A DNA stretch of 64,000 nt from the human T2T-CHM13v2.0 reference genome, Homo sapiens (GCF_009914755.1 NC_060927.1), one strand, 5' to 3'; shown: positions 13,701 to 26,300, counted from the first letter of the stretch. Notes: generated by a model not told the origin, from the sequence alone. Program-made: numbers and translations.

Positions 13701-16700
13701 ATCTCCATGTGTTTGTACATTTTTTGACATTCCTCTTGTAATTGCTTTCTAGTTTTATTCTATTATGGTCAGAAATGATACTTGATATAATTTCTACTTC
13801 TTTGAATTTGTTGAGATTTGTTTTGTGGCCTAATATATGGTATATTCTGGAGAATGTTTTATGTGCTGATGAAAATAATGTGTACTCAGTAGCAGTCTGG
13901 TGAAAGGTGCTGTAAATGTCCGGCCTATTTGGTTTTGTGTGTCATTTATCTATGATGGTCCTTTGCTGATTTTCTGTCTACATGATTTGTCAATTACTGA
14001 GCATGGGTTGCTGAAGTCTTCTAGTATTATGGTATAGCAGTCTATTTCTCCCTTATATCTGTTAATGTTTACTTTATATACTTGTTCCAGTGTTGGGTGC
14101 ACAAATATTTATGATTATTATATCCTAAGCCTATAGTGACCCCTTTATCATTATACATTGATCTTCTTTGTCTCTTTTCAGTCTTTAATTAAAGTCTATT
14201 TTAACTACTCCTATTTTTTTGGTCTCCATTTGCATGAAGTACGTATTTTCAACTGTTCCCCTTGAAAATATGTGTGTCTTTATAGGTGAGGTGGGTTTCT
14301 GATAGCCAGCACATAGTTGGATCTTGTTTTCTTATTCATGCAGCCACTTTCTTTTAATTAGAGAATTAAGTCCACTTACATTCAGTGTTCTTACTGATAA
14401 CTAAGAACTTACTTACTGATAACTAAGAACTGCCAATTTGCTACCTGTTTTATGCTTGCATTGTAACTCTTCTCTTCCTTTCTTTTTTTCTTGCTGTCAT
14501 CCTTTGTGATTCAATGATTTTCTCTAGTATGTTTTTGTTTTTTGGGGTTTTTTTTTGTTTGCTTTTTATTTTCAGTGTATCTATTATTGAATTTTGCACT
14601 GTGTTTACCATGAGCCTTTTAGAAATATCTTAATTGCTCTAACCATTTATTTTAATAAGATGACAACTTACCTTAGATCACAAAAAAATTTTTAAAAAAG
14701 AAAGAACTTAAAACAATTCTCTAGATTTTAACTCTGATTTCCCATCTTTTAACTTTTGTTCATCTCAATTTATGTATTTTTACATTGCCTGTCTCTTAAC
14801 AAGTTGATGTACCTATTATTGTTTTGATGTACTTGTATTTTAGTTTTAATACTAAAAACTATTTTTAGTATGAATTGCATATTACACTAATAGTGTTGCA
14901 GTATTCTGGGTTGTCTCTTTGCACATTATTTTACCAGTGGGTTTTATACCTTCAAATGTTTTCTTTTTGTACATTAGTGTTTTGGTTTCTTTTGCTTGTT
15001 TTTGTTTGTTTGTTTGTTTGTTTGTTCAGAGTGAAGAACTCCCTTCAGCATTTCCTGTTAGATGGGTTTTGTGATGGTGAATTATTTCAGGTTTTGTTTG
15101 TATGGGAAAGACACTGTCTCTCCTTTGTTTTTGAGAAACAGCTTTTCTGGATGAAGTATTCTTGGATGACAGTTTATTATTTTTTTCCAATGATTGGGAA
15201 ATATCACCCACTTTCTTATAGCCTGTAGGTTTCTGTTGAGAAGTCTGTTGTCATATTAGTTGGAGTTCCTTTATATGTTATATGCTTTTTTTTAACTTGC
15301 TGCTTTTCAAAAATTATCTCTTTGTTCTTGGTCTTTGATTATTACATGCCCTAGCATAGACTTATTTGGGTCAAATTTGTTTGATGTTCTCTGTCCTTCC
15401 TGTTTCTAAATATTTATGTCCTCCTCAAGTTTTGGAAAGTTTTCTGTTAATTTTTTTTTTAATAATCCTTCTGCCACATATTCTTGCTCAACTTTCTCTT
15501 GAACCCCAATAATTTTTAGATTTGGTCTTTTTAGTTAATTATCTATTTCTTATAGGTGATCTTTATTCCTTTTTATTCTTTTCCTTTCTCCTCTGTCTGT
15601 GTAATTTAAAATAGCCTATGCAAGCTTACTGATTTTTTTCCTCACTTGATTAATTATGCTGTGAAAATACTGCAATAAGTTCTTAAGTTCAGCAAGTGTA
15701 CTTCTCAGTTCCAAGATTTACGTTCAATTTTTAAAAATTATTTCAATCTATTTGTCATATTTCTCAGATAAATTTTTGAATTGCCTTTCTGTATAGATTA
15801 TTTTGGAGATTGCTGATTTTTATTAGAACTGCTATTTTGAATTCTTGGTTAGATAACTCACGTATTGGCATCTTTTCAGGGCCATTCAGTGGTTCTATGG
15901 TTTGCTTGTTTGGGAAGTCATGGTTCCCTGTTTTCTGTTGTTGCTTGTGGATGCATGTCTATGACTTTGCAATGAAAGATTATTTATTCCAGTCTTCTCT
16001 CTCTGACTTGATTTGGTTTTTATTGGTTATCTTCGCTTAGAGAGTCTTCGTAAATTATCTGTTGAATTTCTTATATTTTATTATGCTAGGTCACTTCCTC
16101 TATTTTTGTACTAGATGGTGACTAAAGACCAAGTTTGTCTCAGCTCTCGCAATCAACCAGACCTTTGCCAATAGGGAATGGAGGAGGTCCCAAAAAGAGA
16201 TCATCAGTGTGGTAGTATTGGCAAGGGGCTTGTGCTCAGGAGCCCTGTGTGGAATGTACCTGCTAACATGTGTTTCTGCTGAATAGCCACGCTAATTTGC
16301 CATTTCCTTTGGCTGAGTTACAGAGCAGAGGTTTCAGGGGTTGGATATGATAGTCCTGCCTCTCTCATTTGTCTCTGACTATTGTTAGATATATATTTAT
16401 CTTTAGGCCCACATGATGCTTCCTTTGGGTTGACTCATCAACAGCTCTCCTGTCAAAGAGCCCAAGGTGGTTGGGAAGCTAGTCATCCTCCTCAGTCTCA
16501 CTATTTCCAGTGAAGAAACCATAAGTTTGGGGAAATTTCCTTTGTGCTTGGTGCCAGGCAGGTTGGGGAAGGAGTATCATTCATATAAAAATCCAATTCC
16601 CTTACCCTCTGCTTGAAGTATTTTTATTTTTCTGTGGCCCCAGGAACCGACTCAACCTCATATTTGAGTTCTGGGATATTGCTGATGTTAATCTCAATGC

Positions 16701-16776
16701 TATATAATTTTCTTTTGGTTTTCTGTGGGGATGAGTGAAGCCAGCTTTCATCTATGCCACCATTTTGGAAACAAGT
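10800..16776 (-). mobile_element. Near full-length, degraded L1MA-type LINE-1 (5'UTR, ORF1, ORF2; distal 3'UTR missing)
   Basis: Continuous antisense L1 sequence; ORF 12963-13151(-) gives ORF2 motif KKSPGPDGFTDEFHQTF; 5' terminus reads ttccaaaatggtggc on minus strand, like the L1 'aagatggcgg' start; many stops/deletions. Confidence 0.88.
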
Positions 16777-17488
16777 ATTTTTTTTTTTAAATTGTTTCAA
16801 CTTTTAGTATTCACTGTCATTTAAACCTGGAATGGTTTTGCAAGATAAAAATATTTAAAATGTAAAAGATTTTTACGGAATCTATAACAACCTAAAAATT
16901 TAGAACAAACTTATAATAAAATTGTTGAGACAGTCTGATAACCCACTTGTCAAAATCTTATATGTATGGCATTATAAACACCCTATTATCTCAAGAAAAT
17001 ATTAGAAAATAAGTTTTGTAATTAAAAATCTGCTATAAAATAGATAGCCAAAAATAAAAATTTTACTTTTATAAGCAATATGTTCAAATTGTGAAGAAAC
17101 CCATATTGGGCACATGAATTAAACTCATTAATGTGATATGAAAATCATTCACTGGTAGGATTTTAAATAATTTCCAAAAAGGCTTTATATTACAATGGAA
17201 TTTATTATTACATATGATAATTTGTACTATATAATGTTTTATATTTAATATGCAATAAAATGGATTTGCTTTCTTCTTTCTTTCTGATGTGGATGTCTTA
17301 TTTATTTATTTATTTTTTGTCTAATTGCTCTAATTAGTACTTCTAGTATCATGTTAAATAGTAGTGATAAGGGTGGGCATACTTGCCATATAGCAGGTAT
17401 TAGAGAAAAAGCTTTCATTTTTTTCCTTCTAATTGTAATATAAATTGTGGGCTTTTTACTATTGGCTTTTGTTATGTTGCAAAAGTCT

Positions 17489-17846
17489 GCCACATGTCTG
17501 CCACCTTCATCAGCAACAACACGGCTATCCATGAGCTGTTTAGGTGCATCTTGGGGCCATTCATGGCCATGTTCAGATGCAAGGATTTCTTGCAATGGTA
17601 TTTGGGTGAGGGCAAGGATGAGATAGAGTTCACTGAGGCTGAGAGCAGCATGAACAACCTGGTGTCCAAGTATCAAGAGCACCAGGATGCCATGGCCAAG
17701 GAGGAGGAAATTTGGGAGGACTGGGCTGAGAGGGAAGTAGTCTAGAGTCTTCTGTAACTGGGTAAAGAGTAGAAGCAATTTGAAATCTTTATTCACTAAA
17801 AATCTGTTTTATAATTTCCAACATCTCACTATTTGTTCACTTGCTG

Positions 17847-17880
<34 letters not shown>

Positions 17881-17925
17881 TGTGTGTTGACATTGCACTC
17901 CAATAAAAGCATTTTCATAGTGAAA
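17489..17925 (+). pseudogene. 5'-truncated processed beta-tubulin pseudogene (TUBB4B/TUBB8-lineage-like): last 83 codons, 3'UTR and short poly(A)
   Basis: ORF 17494-17745 [16 protein letters not shown]...[17 protein letters not shown]...AEREVV is colinear with the beta-tubulin C-terminus (about 54/83 identical to TUBB4B by manual comparison from memory); 3'UTR 'ctttattcact...cacttgctgtttt...aaagcattttcatagtg' matches my recollection of TUBB4B; TSD AAAAGTCT 17481-17488 and 17926-17933. Confidence 0.9.
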
Positions 17926-17934
17926 AAAAGTCTC

Positions 17935-20297
17935 TGATATGGTTTGGCTGTGTCCCCACCCAAATTTCATCTTGAATTATAGTTCCCATAATCCTCACAT
18001 GTCATGGGAGGGACCCCAGTGGGAGGCAATTAAATCATGGAGTGGTTACCTTCATGTTGTTCCTATGATAGTGAGTTCTCATGAGATCTGATGTTTGTAT
18101 AAGGGGCTTTTCCCCTTTTGCTCACCCCTTCTCCTTCCTGCCACCACGTGAAGAAGGATGTGTTTGCTTCCCCTTCTGCCATAATTGTAAGTTTCCTGAG
18201 GCTCTGCAGAAATGAGTCAATAAAACCTCTTTCCTTTATAAATAACCCACTCTTGGGCAGTTCTTTATATATAGAATGGATTGATACAGTAAATTGGTAC
18301 CACAGAGAGTGGCATGCTGCTGTAACAATACCCAGAAATGTGGAAGCAACTTTCGAACAATGTAACAGGCAGAAGCTAGGGCTCAAAAGAAGACAGAACA
18401 TGTGGGAAAGCTTGAAACTTTCTAGAGACATGGAAGGTTCAGAAGACAGGAAGATGTGGGAAGGTTTGGAACTTGCTGGAGACTTGTTGATGGCTTTGAC
18501 CAAAATGCTGATAGTGATATGGGCAATGAAGTCCAGGCTGAGGTGGTCTCAGATGGAGATGAGGAACTTGTTGGGAACTGGAGTAAAAGTCACTCTTGCT
18601 AGGCAAAGAAACTAGTGGCATTTTGCCCTAGTCCTAGAGATCTGTGGAACTTTGAGTTTGAGAGAGATGATTTAGGAGCAGCAAAGCATTCAAGATGTGA
18701 CTTGGGCACTGTTAAAAGCATTCAGTTTTATTTATTTACAAAGATATGGTTTGGAATTGGAACTTAGGTTTAAAAGAGAAGCAGAGCTTAAAGTTTGGAA
18801 AATTTTCAGCCTGACAATGGGGCAGAAAAGAAAAACCTATTTTCTGGGGAGAAGTTCAAGCTGGCAGCATAAATTTGCATAAGTAACAAGAAGCCAAATG
18901 TTAATCACCAAGACAATGGGGAAAATGTCTCCAGGACATGTCAGAGGTCTTCACAGTAGCCCCTTCCATCACAGGCCTGGAGGCCTAGGAGGGAAAAATG
19001 GTTAGGAGGATTGGGCCCAGGGCCTTGCTGCTTTATGCAGTCTTGGGAATTGGTGCCCTCAGTCTCAGCCATAGTGAAAAGGGCCAAAAGTAAAGCTCAG
19101 CCTGTTGCTTCAGAGGGTGCAATCCCCAAGCTTTGGTGGCTAACACATGGTATTGGGCCTGTGGGTGAACAGAGCTCAAGAATTGAGGTTTTGGAATCTC
19201 TACCTAGATTTCAGAGGATGTATGGAGATGCATGGATGTCCTGGCAGAAGTTTACTGCAAGACCGGAGACCTCATGAGTAATCTCCGCTAGGGCAGTGTA
19301 GAAGTGAAATGTGGGATCATAGCCCCACACAGAGTCACCACTTCAGTGCTGCCTAGTGGTGCTGTGAGAAGAGGGTCACTGTCCTCCAGACCCCAGAATG
19401 TTAGATCCACCAGCAGCTTGCACTATGTGTCTGGAAAAGCCACAGACACTCAACACTAGCCTGTGAAGGCAGCTGTGAGAGGGAATATACCCTGCAAAGC
19501 CACAGAGGTGGAGCTGCCCAAGGCTGTGACAGATGACCTGTTGCATCAGCATGACCTGGATGTGAGATATGGAGTCAAAGGAGATTATTTCAGAGCTTTA
19601 GTATTTAACTACTGCCTTATTGGATTTCAGACTAGCGTGGGGTCTGGAGTCCCTTTAATTTGGCCAATAGCTCCCAGTTGAAATGGGTGTATTTACCTAA
19701 TGCATCTATCCCCATTATATCTAGGAAGTAAATAACTTGCTTTTGATTTTACAGGCTCACAGACAAAAGGGACTTGCCTTATCTCAGATGAGACTTTAGA
19801 CTTGGACGAGACTGTGGACTTGGACATTTTGGTTAATGCTGGAATGAACTAAGACTTTGGGAGACTGTTAGGTAAGCATTATTGTGTTTTGAAATGTGCA
19901 AACATAAGATTTGGGAGAAGCTAAGGTGGTATATGGTTTGGCTGTGTCCCCACCCAAATCTCATCTTGAATTGTAGTTTCCATAATTTCCATGTGTCGTG
20001 GGAGGGACCTGGTGGGAGGTAATTGAATCATGGTGGTGGTTACCCCCATGCTGCTGTTATCATGATAGTGAGTTCTCATGAGATCTCATGGTTTTATAAG
20101 GCAGTTTTCCCTCTTTGCTCGGCACTTCTCCTTCCTGCTGCCATGTGAAGGAGAAAATGTTTGCTTCCCCTTCTACTATTATTGTAAGTTTCCTGAGACC
20201 TCCCCAGCCGTATGGAACTGTGAGTCAATTGAACCTTTTTCCTTTATAAATTACCCAGTGTTGGGCAGTTCTATATAGCAACACGAGAACAAATACA
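17935..20297 (+). mobile_element. Complete THE1C-like MaLR provirus (5'LTR 17935-18288, internal region, 3'LTR ~19929-20297)
   Basis: Starts tgatatggtttggctgtgtccccacccaaat, two LTRs, ends aataca; perfect TSD GTCTC 17930-17934 and 20298-20302. Confidence 0.95.
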
Positions 20298-21076
20298 GTC
20301 TCTAACCTAATAAAGACCAATAATGAAAGACTCACAGTTTTTATTATAATTAATCTGAAAAAAATGAAAGCTTTTTCTATAAGATCTGGTATAAAGCAAT
20401 GATACCCACCCTCATCACTACTATTTAATATGGTACTAGACCTATTAGCAACCTAGTTTTTTGAGCACTTTTATTATGAAACAATGTTGAAGTTTGTCAA
20501 ATATGTTTTCTATATCTATGGAGTTTATCATGTGGTATTTATCTTTCTTTATGACACTATGGTGTATCTCCTTAACTGCTTTGCATATGTTGAACCAAAC
20601 TTATATCCCAGGGATAAATTTTGGTTGTTCATGGTATACAATCTTTCGAATGTGTCACTGAATTTGGTTTGCTAGTATTTAGGATCCTTGCCTCTAGATT
20701 TATTACAGATATTTACCTGTAGTTTTCTTTTTTTTGTGGTGTTTTTGTTCTGGTATTAGGATAATGCCAGCCTCATGAGTGAGTTTCAAGTTATTATTCC
20801 TACTTCTATTGTTTGGAAGAGTTTGAGAAGGATTGGTATTATTGCATATTTGAATATTTTGCAGAATTCAGCCATAAAGTTTTCTGGTCCTGGGCTTTTC
20901 TTTGTTGGGAGGTGTTTGATTGTTACTTTTATCTCTTTATTTGTTAATAAACTGTTCAAGCTTTCTCTTTCTTCTTAATTCAGTCTCTTAGATTAAAGTT
21001 TGTGAGTATGTATCAGTTTTCTCTAGATTACCCAATTTTGGGAATATAATTATTAATAAGATTTCCTCAAGGTTCA

Positions 21077-23129
21077 TTTTATTCCTGTCTGCAAGTTGAC
21101 ATGACCCTATGTATAAAAAACCCTAAAGACGCCACTGAAGAACTGTTAGAATTAATAAGCAAATTTAGTAAAGTTTCAGGATATAAAATAACATACAAAA
21201 AATAAGTTAGATTTTTTACACCAATTAATGATATATTCAAAAAAGAAGTCAAGAAAACAATTCCATTCACAATAGCATCAAGAAGAAATAAATACTTAGG
21301 AATATATTTAACCAAATAAGTGAAAGATCCTTATACTGAAAACTATGAAACATTCATGAAAGCAATTGAAAAAGACACAGTAAATGAAAAAAATCTAGTT
21401 TTTGCATATCAGAAGAATTAATATATTAAAATGTCCATACTACCTAAAGTGATATACTGATTCAATGCAATCTTTGTCAAAATTTTACTGACATTTTTTA
21501 CATGAATAGAAAAAACAATTCTTAAATTTGTATAGAACCACAAAATACCCCGAGGTCAAAATGATATTAATAAAGAAAGTTAAAGTTGAAGCCATCACAC
21601 TCCCTGATTTCAAGTTATATTAAAAGCAATGGTAATCAAAACAATATGGTACTGACATAAAAACATATATCTGTACTGACATACAGAGCAATATAACAGA
21701 AAAGACAGCCCAGCAATAAACCCAAGCATATATGCTTAACCAATTTTTGACCACACCCCAATAAGACACAATAGATAAATGGGAGTCTCTTCAATAAATG
21801 GTGTTAAACAAACTGGATGTTCACATGCAAAAAAAAAAAAACAGAAAAATGACAGAAAGAAACTGGACCCTTATATTACACTATACACAAAAATATGCTC
21901 AAAATGAATATTGAAGAGCTGAACATTAGACCTGAAACTCTTAGAAAAAACACAGGAGTAAAGTTCCTTAATATTAGCCTTAGCAAGGATTTTTGGGTTA
22001 TCTCACCAAAAGCACAGACAATAAAAGCAAAAGTAAACAAGTGGGACTACATCAAGCCAAAAAGGTTCTGCACAGCAAAGGAAACAATGAACAAAATGAA
22101 AGGCAGCCAATTGATTGGAAGAAAGCATTTGTGAGCCATATATCATATAACAGGTTAGTATTCAAGATATCTAAGGAACTCACATAACTCAAGATCAAAA
22201 AACAAAACAATTTAATCAAATTGATCCAAGGACCTGAATAGGCATTTCTCTAAAGAAGAGGTAAAAATGGCCAACAGTATAGGATAAGCTGGTCAGTATT
22301 AGGACTCATCAGGGAAATACAAATTAAAACCACAATGAAATATTACCTCACACCAGTTAGAATAGCTATTATCAAAAACACAAGAAATAATAGTGTTGGC
22401 AAGGGCGTGCAGAAAAGAGAACCCTTGTACTCTGTTGGTGGGAATGTAGATTGGTTTAGCCATTGTGGAAAACAATATAGAGATGCCAAAGAAATTAAAA
22501 ATGGAACTAATGTATGGCCTGGTAATCATTTTGCTGCATATATACACAAAGGAAATGAAATCACCACCTCATAAAGATGTATGCACTCTATGTTAATCAC
22601 AGTATTATTCACAATAGCCAAGATACGGAAACAACTGAAGTGTCTATAAAAAAAGTCCACAAATAGTGTCCAGTGAATTTGTGGACACTTCAGTTGAGTG
22701 AATAAAGAAAATGGATACAGAAAAATATTTGTGTGAGTGTGTGTGTGTGTACACATAATGGAATATCATTAATTCATTATTTAAAAAGGAAATACTGTTA
22801 TTTTGACAACATCAATGGAGGACCTAGAGGACATTATGCTAAGTGAAATAAATCAAGCACAGAAAGAAAAATACTGCATGATCTCACTTATGCGTGGAAT
22901 CAAAACACATATACGCACACACTCAAATGTCTCCCCTAAATTCTCAAATAGATAGAAACAGAGAGTAGAAAAATGGCTTGGAGGATAGGAAGATCGAGGT
23001 TGAAGGGTACAGTGTCAGGGAGGATAAATAAGCCTTGAGATCTAATGTACAGCATTAGAACTATAGTTAATAATATTGTGTTATATACTACTGGAAGTTT
23101 GCTAAGAGAGTAGATTTTAGGTTATGCTA

Positions 23130-23172
<43 letters not shown>

Positions 23173-23320
23173 GGGTATAGACGGATATGTTAATTTACCT
23201 GACTGTAACAGTGGATATCCATATGATCGATATGTTAATTTGCTTGGCTATAGCCATCATCTCACTATGTATATGTACAGTGATACATCATGTTATAAAC
23301 CTAAATATATACAGTAAAAA
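21077..23320 (+). mobile_element. Non-inverted 3' segment of the L1MA8-like element (ORF2 second half + 3'UTR)
   Basis: Sense L1 from the FADD-motif region 'ctgtctgcaagttgacatga'; ORF fragments KAKVNKWDYIKPKRFCTAKET and YYLTPVRIAIIK; 3'UTR 'gatctaatgtacagcat...gctaagagagtagattttagg...taaatatatacagtaaaaa' like L1MA7/8. Confidence 0.88.
23130..23170. repeat. (CA)n microsatellite in L1 3'UTR
   Basis: About 20 perfect CA units. Confidence 0.95.
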
Positions 23321-26300
23321 TAAATTTGATAAATTTCTTTTTCTTATTTGTGTTTATTTTAATTGTACCCTTTTGATGATTTTTCTTTCATTTTTAAAAA
23401 TAAGTGTAATTTCTTAAAGAGAAAAAGTATAGGTTGTTAAAGATAATGCAAATGGGTCTTATTCTTATACCAAACTAGGAGCTAAAAAGCACTCTAGTTT
23501 TACGTCAGACTCCACGACCTCATTCACGGAAGGTGGAGTCCCAATGATTAGTTTTTGCATGGAATAAACCTAGACTTAATTTTAGATTTGGGGTCCTAAT
23601 AGAGTTACAGTTGTTCATCTGAAGCTTAAAGATGATAAAAATGTTTCATGAACTAATAAAAACCCATGTCAAAATCTGCCCAATTCAGAATTATAATCAT
23701 ATGTTCTTTATATATTTTGAAAATATTAATTACTTACAGCACTGTTCTAATATTCAGTCTCTAAATTCAACCTTTAAATCTTATGTCAATGCAAAATTGG
23801 TCTTTAGCATTAGTAAAAAAGCCATCATCAAATTGAGCCATGCATCTTGAAAATAAACTACTGAATTATTAGGGGTCTTTGATATCTCTGGAGAGTGAGT
23901 TTTTGGACTAAATTTTAAAATGTGAACATAGAACATGAGTTTTGATCAATTTAAATTATTACTGATTTATTCGTGGTCCCAGTTGTGTGTGTGCAAAGCA
24001 TTAACAGAAATGTGGTTCAATAGAGAAATGCCTTTTGCAACTGATACAAAGCAGCTGAGACAAATTTGTAAAGTACTTCCTACCTCCAGTCCAGAGAAGT
24101 TAAGCCATTACTAGTTCTATTCTATCATACAGTATAGTGATTGCAATAAAGCTAAAAGCCTCGCCTGTGATTAGATAATGTGTCGGGGAAGCATCGTTAT
24201 CCATTGACCCCCACTAGGAATGGCATAGAATGCAGAGCAAAGCTCCTGGCAGTCTGTGGCATGTTTCTGAAAACAATCTGCTAGTTCAGAGAAAAACATA
24301 AGCCTCTGGGCTGAAATATGTATGCCTTTTTGTTCTCTCTACATCCACCAAGTCACAAATTTAGATCAAATTCTAATTCTAGAAACTTTCAAAGGACGTT
24401 TAGTATTTTTTGTTTCCTTGTTTTTAAAATCCTATAGAACATGTCAAATTCATAATTATATTTTATTTTGTCTTTTTCTAAGGAAAATATATATTTTTTA
24501 TTCATAAATATTATATAAACAAAATACCCAAATACATGGAATAAAATATAGCTTTGTCCCAGTGAGGCAAACTGTTTATCAGCTTTCTTTTGGGGAATCT
24601 TTTTAAAAATCATACATATCATTGGGAATGAGATGTGAACAGGAATGCCAGATGTTGAGGGTATTTGGGGATCTGAATATTGGGTGCCTAGCTAGTAGCA
24701 GTGACCAGAGTCCTACTGTTTTGCTAGAAAGGCAGAAGAGTAAGTGATGCCCAAGGAAAAAGGATTGCTTTAAGATAAATTATTAATATGAAAATGGTGG
24801 TCTTTCTTCTTTTTTTTTTATTTTGGTGTTTTTGTTTTGTTTTCCATAAAGTACCCAAATCTCACCTAATCTCTTTTAACAGAAACAGAAATATTTATAA
24901 ATTAATGTATACTATTAAACTAGTGAAATAATATATTATTTCTTATTAAGAGTACCTCCATGTCATTTTAGAAATAAAGAAGACAGGACTTAACAGAATG
25001 ACAACATAAATTATTATGGAATTTCAGAATTTAGCAAGAGGGGATAGATTTGGATGACAAACTTTCAGGCTCATGTCAAGTCTCCCTGTGCAGACCCCTG
25101 TGTATGTCGCCTTGCTTTAAGAAAATCTCATAACGCAGCCAAGAAATGTGGCATGAGCTTTCTGATGAATTAGCTAGTAGCATTTGATCCCATGTATTGG
25201 AGTACACAGAAGCACTTTGGCACTTTGTGATTTTTGATTGCTTATAGTAACTACATCATCATCAAGACTAAAGGTAATTTACTTCCAATATTTAATTCCA
25301 TTTTAGTATATGCCTGAAGAACTCTTTCAACTTGTAAACCGTCCTTCCTCCCTAGTTATACTGGTCGTTATTCTCATCTAGAAATTCAATTATAATGAAG
25401 TAGACTAAGCACTGGTGTCACTTAATGTTAACTGGAGCCTGGCTTCTTTCTCTAACATAAGCTATTTCACACAAAATTGTGAAAATGCAAGATATACCTG
25501 CAATGCCTTCTGTCTCCTTATTCATATTTGGTATCTTCTTTTCACCCTACACTACATGTAACCCATTCTGCCAACCAGAAAGAACTGTTGGATAATAAAG
25601 GATTTGATCAACGAATTCAAGCCGAGATATTAAGGTCTCAAGATGGATAATTATAACTTTTGAATACTGATTAATAACCAAAAGGAGGGTATCTTACATA
25701 TCATTGCTTTCTTTTTCCTGAAAGTACACTTATGCAAGACAAATATGTTCACATCACTTAACTCCTTGTTTTCCAATTCCATTATGCATTATATCACTTA
25801 GAGGGCCTTATAAACTACAGATAATGAGACTTCTCAGATAATTTGGTACATCTGAGAGGGAGCCTGGGAGTCTGTGTCCTGAAACATAAACAGGTCTGAA
25901 AACATCTGATTGTCACTCCTCTGAATAGTAGTTTATTCTGCATGAATTTAAGACTGGTGTGAGTGATTGGGTTTATAACTTATAATAATATTTACTATGA
26001 ATTTGCTTTATTGAACATTTTGATAAATTCAGGAGATACTGAACATTGAATTAATAATGAGTAAGATGAGGCAAGGAAGGGTTAGCTCATGATCTATGAT
26101 TATGATTTCAGCTTTTACCAAAGTCAAAGGATTCCCTCTTTTAAAAAGTCATTATCACTCTACTACAGCAAAAAGATAGTTCCCTCTAAATAGCTTAATA
26201 CATACTTAAAAAAAATTTTTAAACATGAAAACATCAGATTCCCAGATGTGGTTTTAATGAGAAAACATACTGGCAAAAATGCCTATAAATGTAACAACAT

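Larger units (their letters stand above)
17266..21076 (-). mobile_element. Inverted 5' segment of an L1MA8-like element (ORF2 RT region), interrupted by retrocopy, THE1C and a fold-back duplicate
   Basis: Antisense L1 at 17266-17480 (ORF fragment ...[35 protein letters not shown] resembles RT '[26 protein letters not shown]') resumes colinearly at ~20451-21076. Confidence 0.8.

Noticed and set aside
17302-17796. 164-aa minus-strand ORF
   Set aside because: Antisense of the tubulin retrocopy fused to an L1 RT fragment; no independent support
18063-19681. Several 60-165-aa ORFs in THE1 internal region (also 5083-6426)
   Set aside because: Broken remnants of the MaLR internal ORF and LTR; no continuous frame
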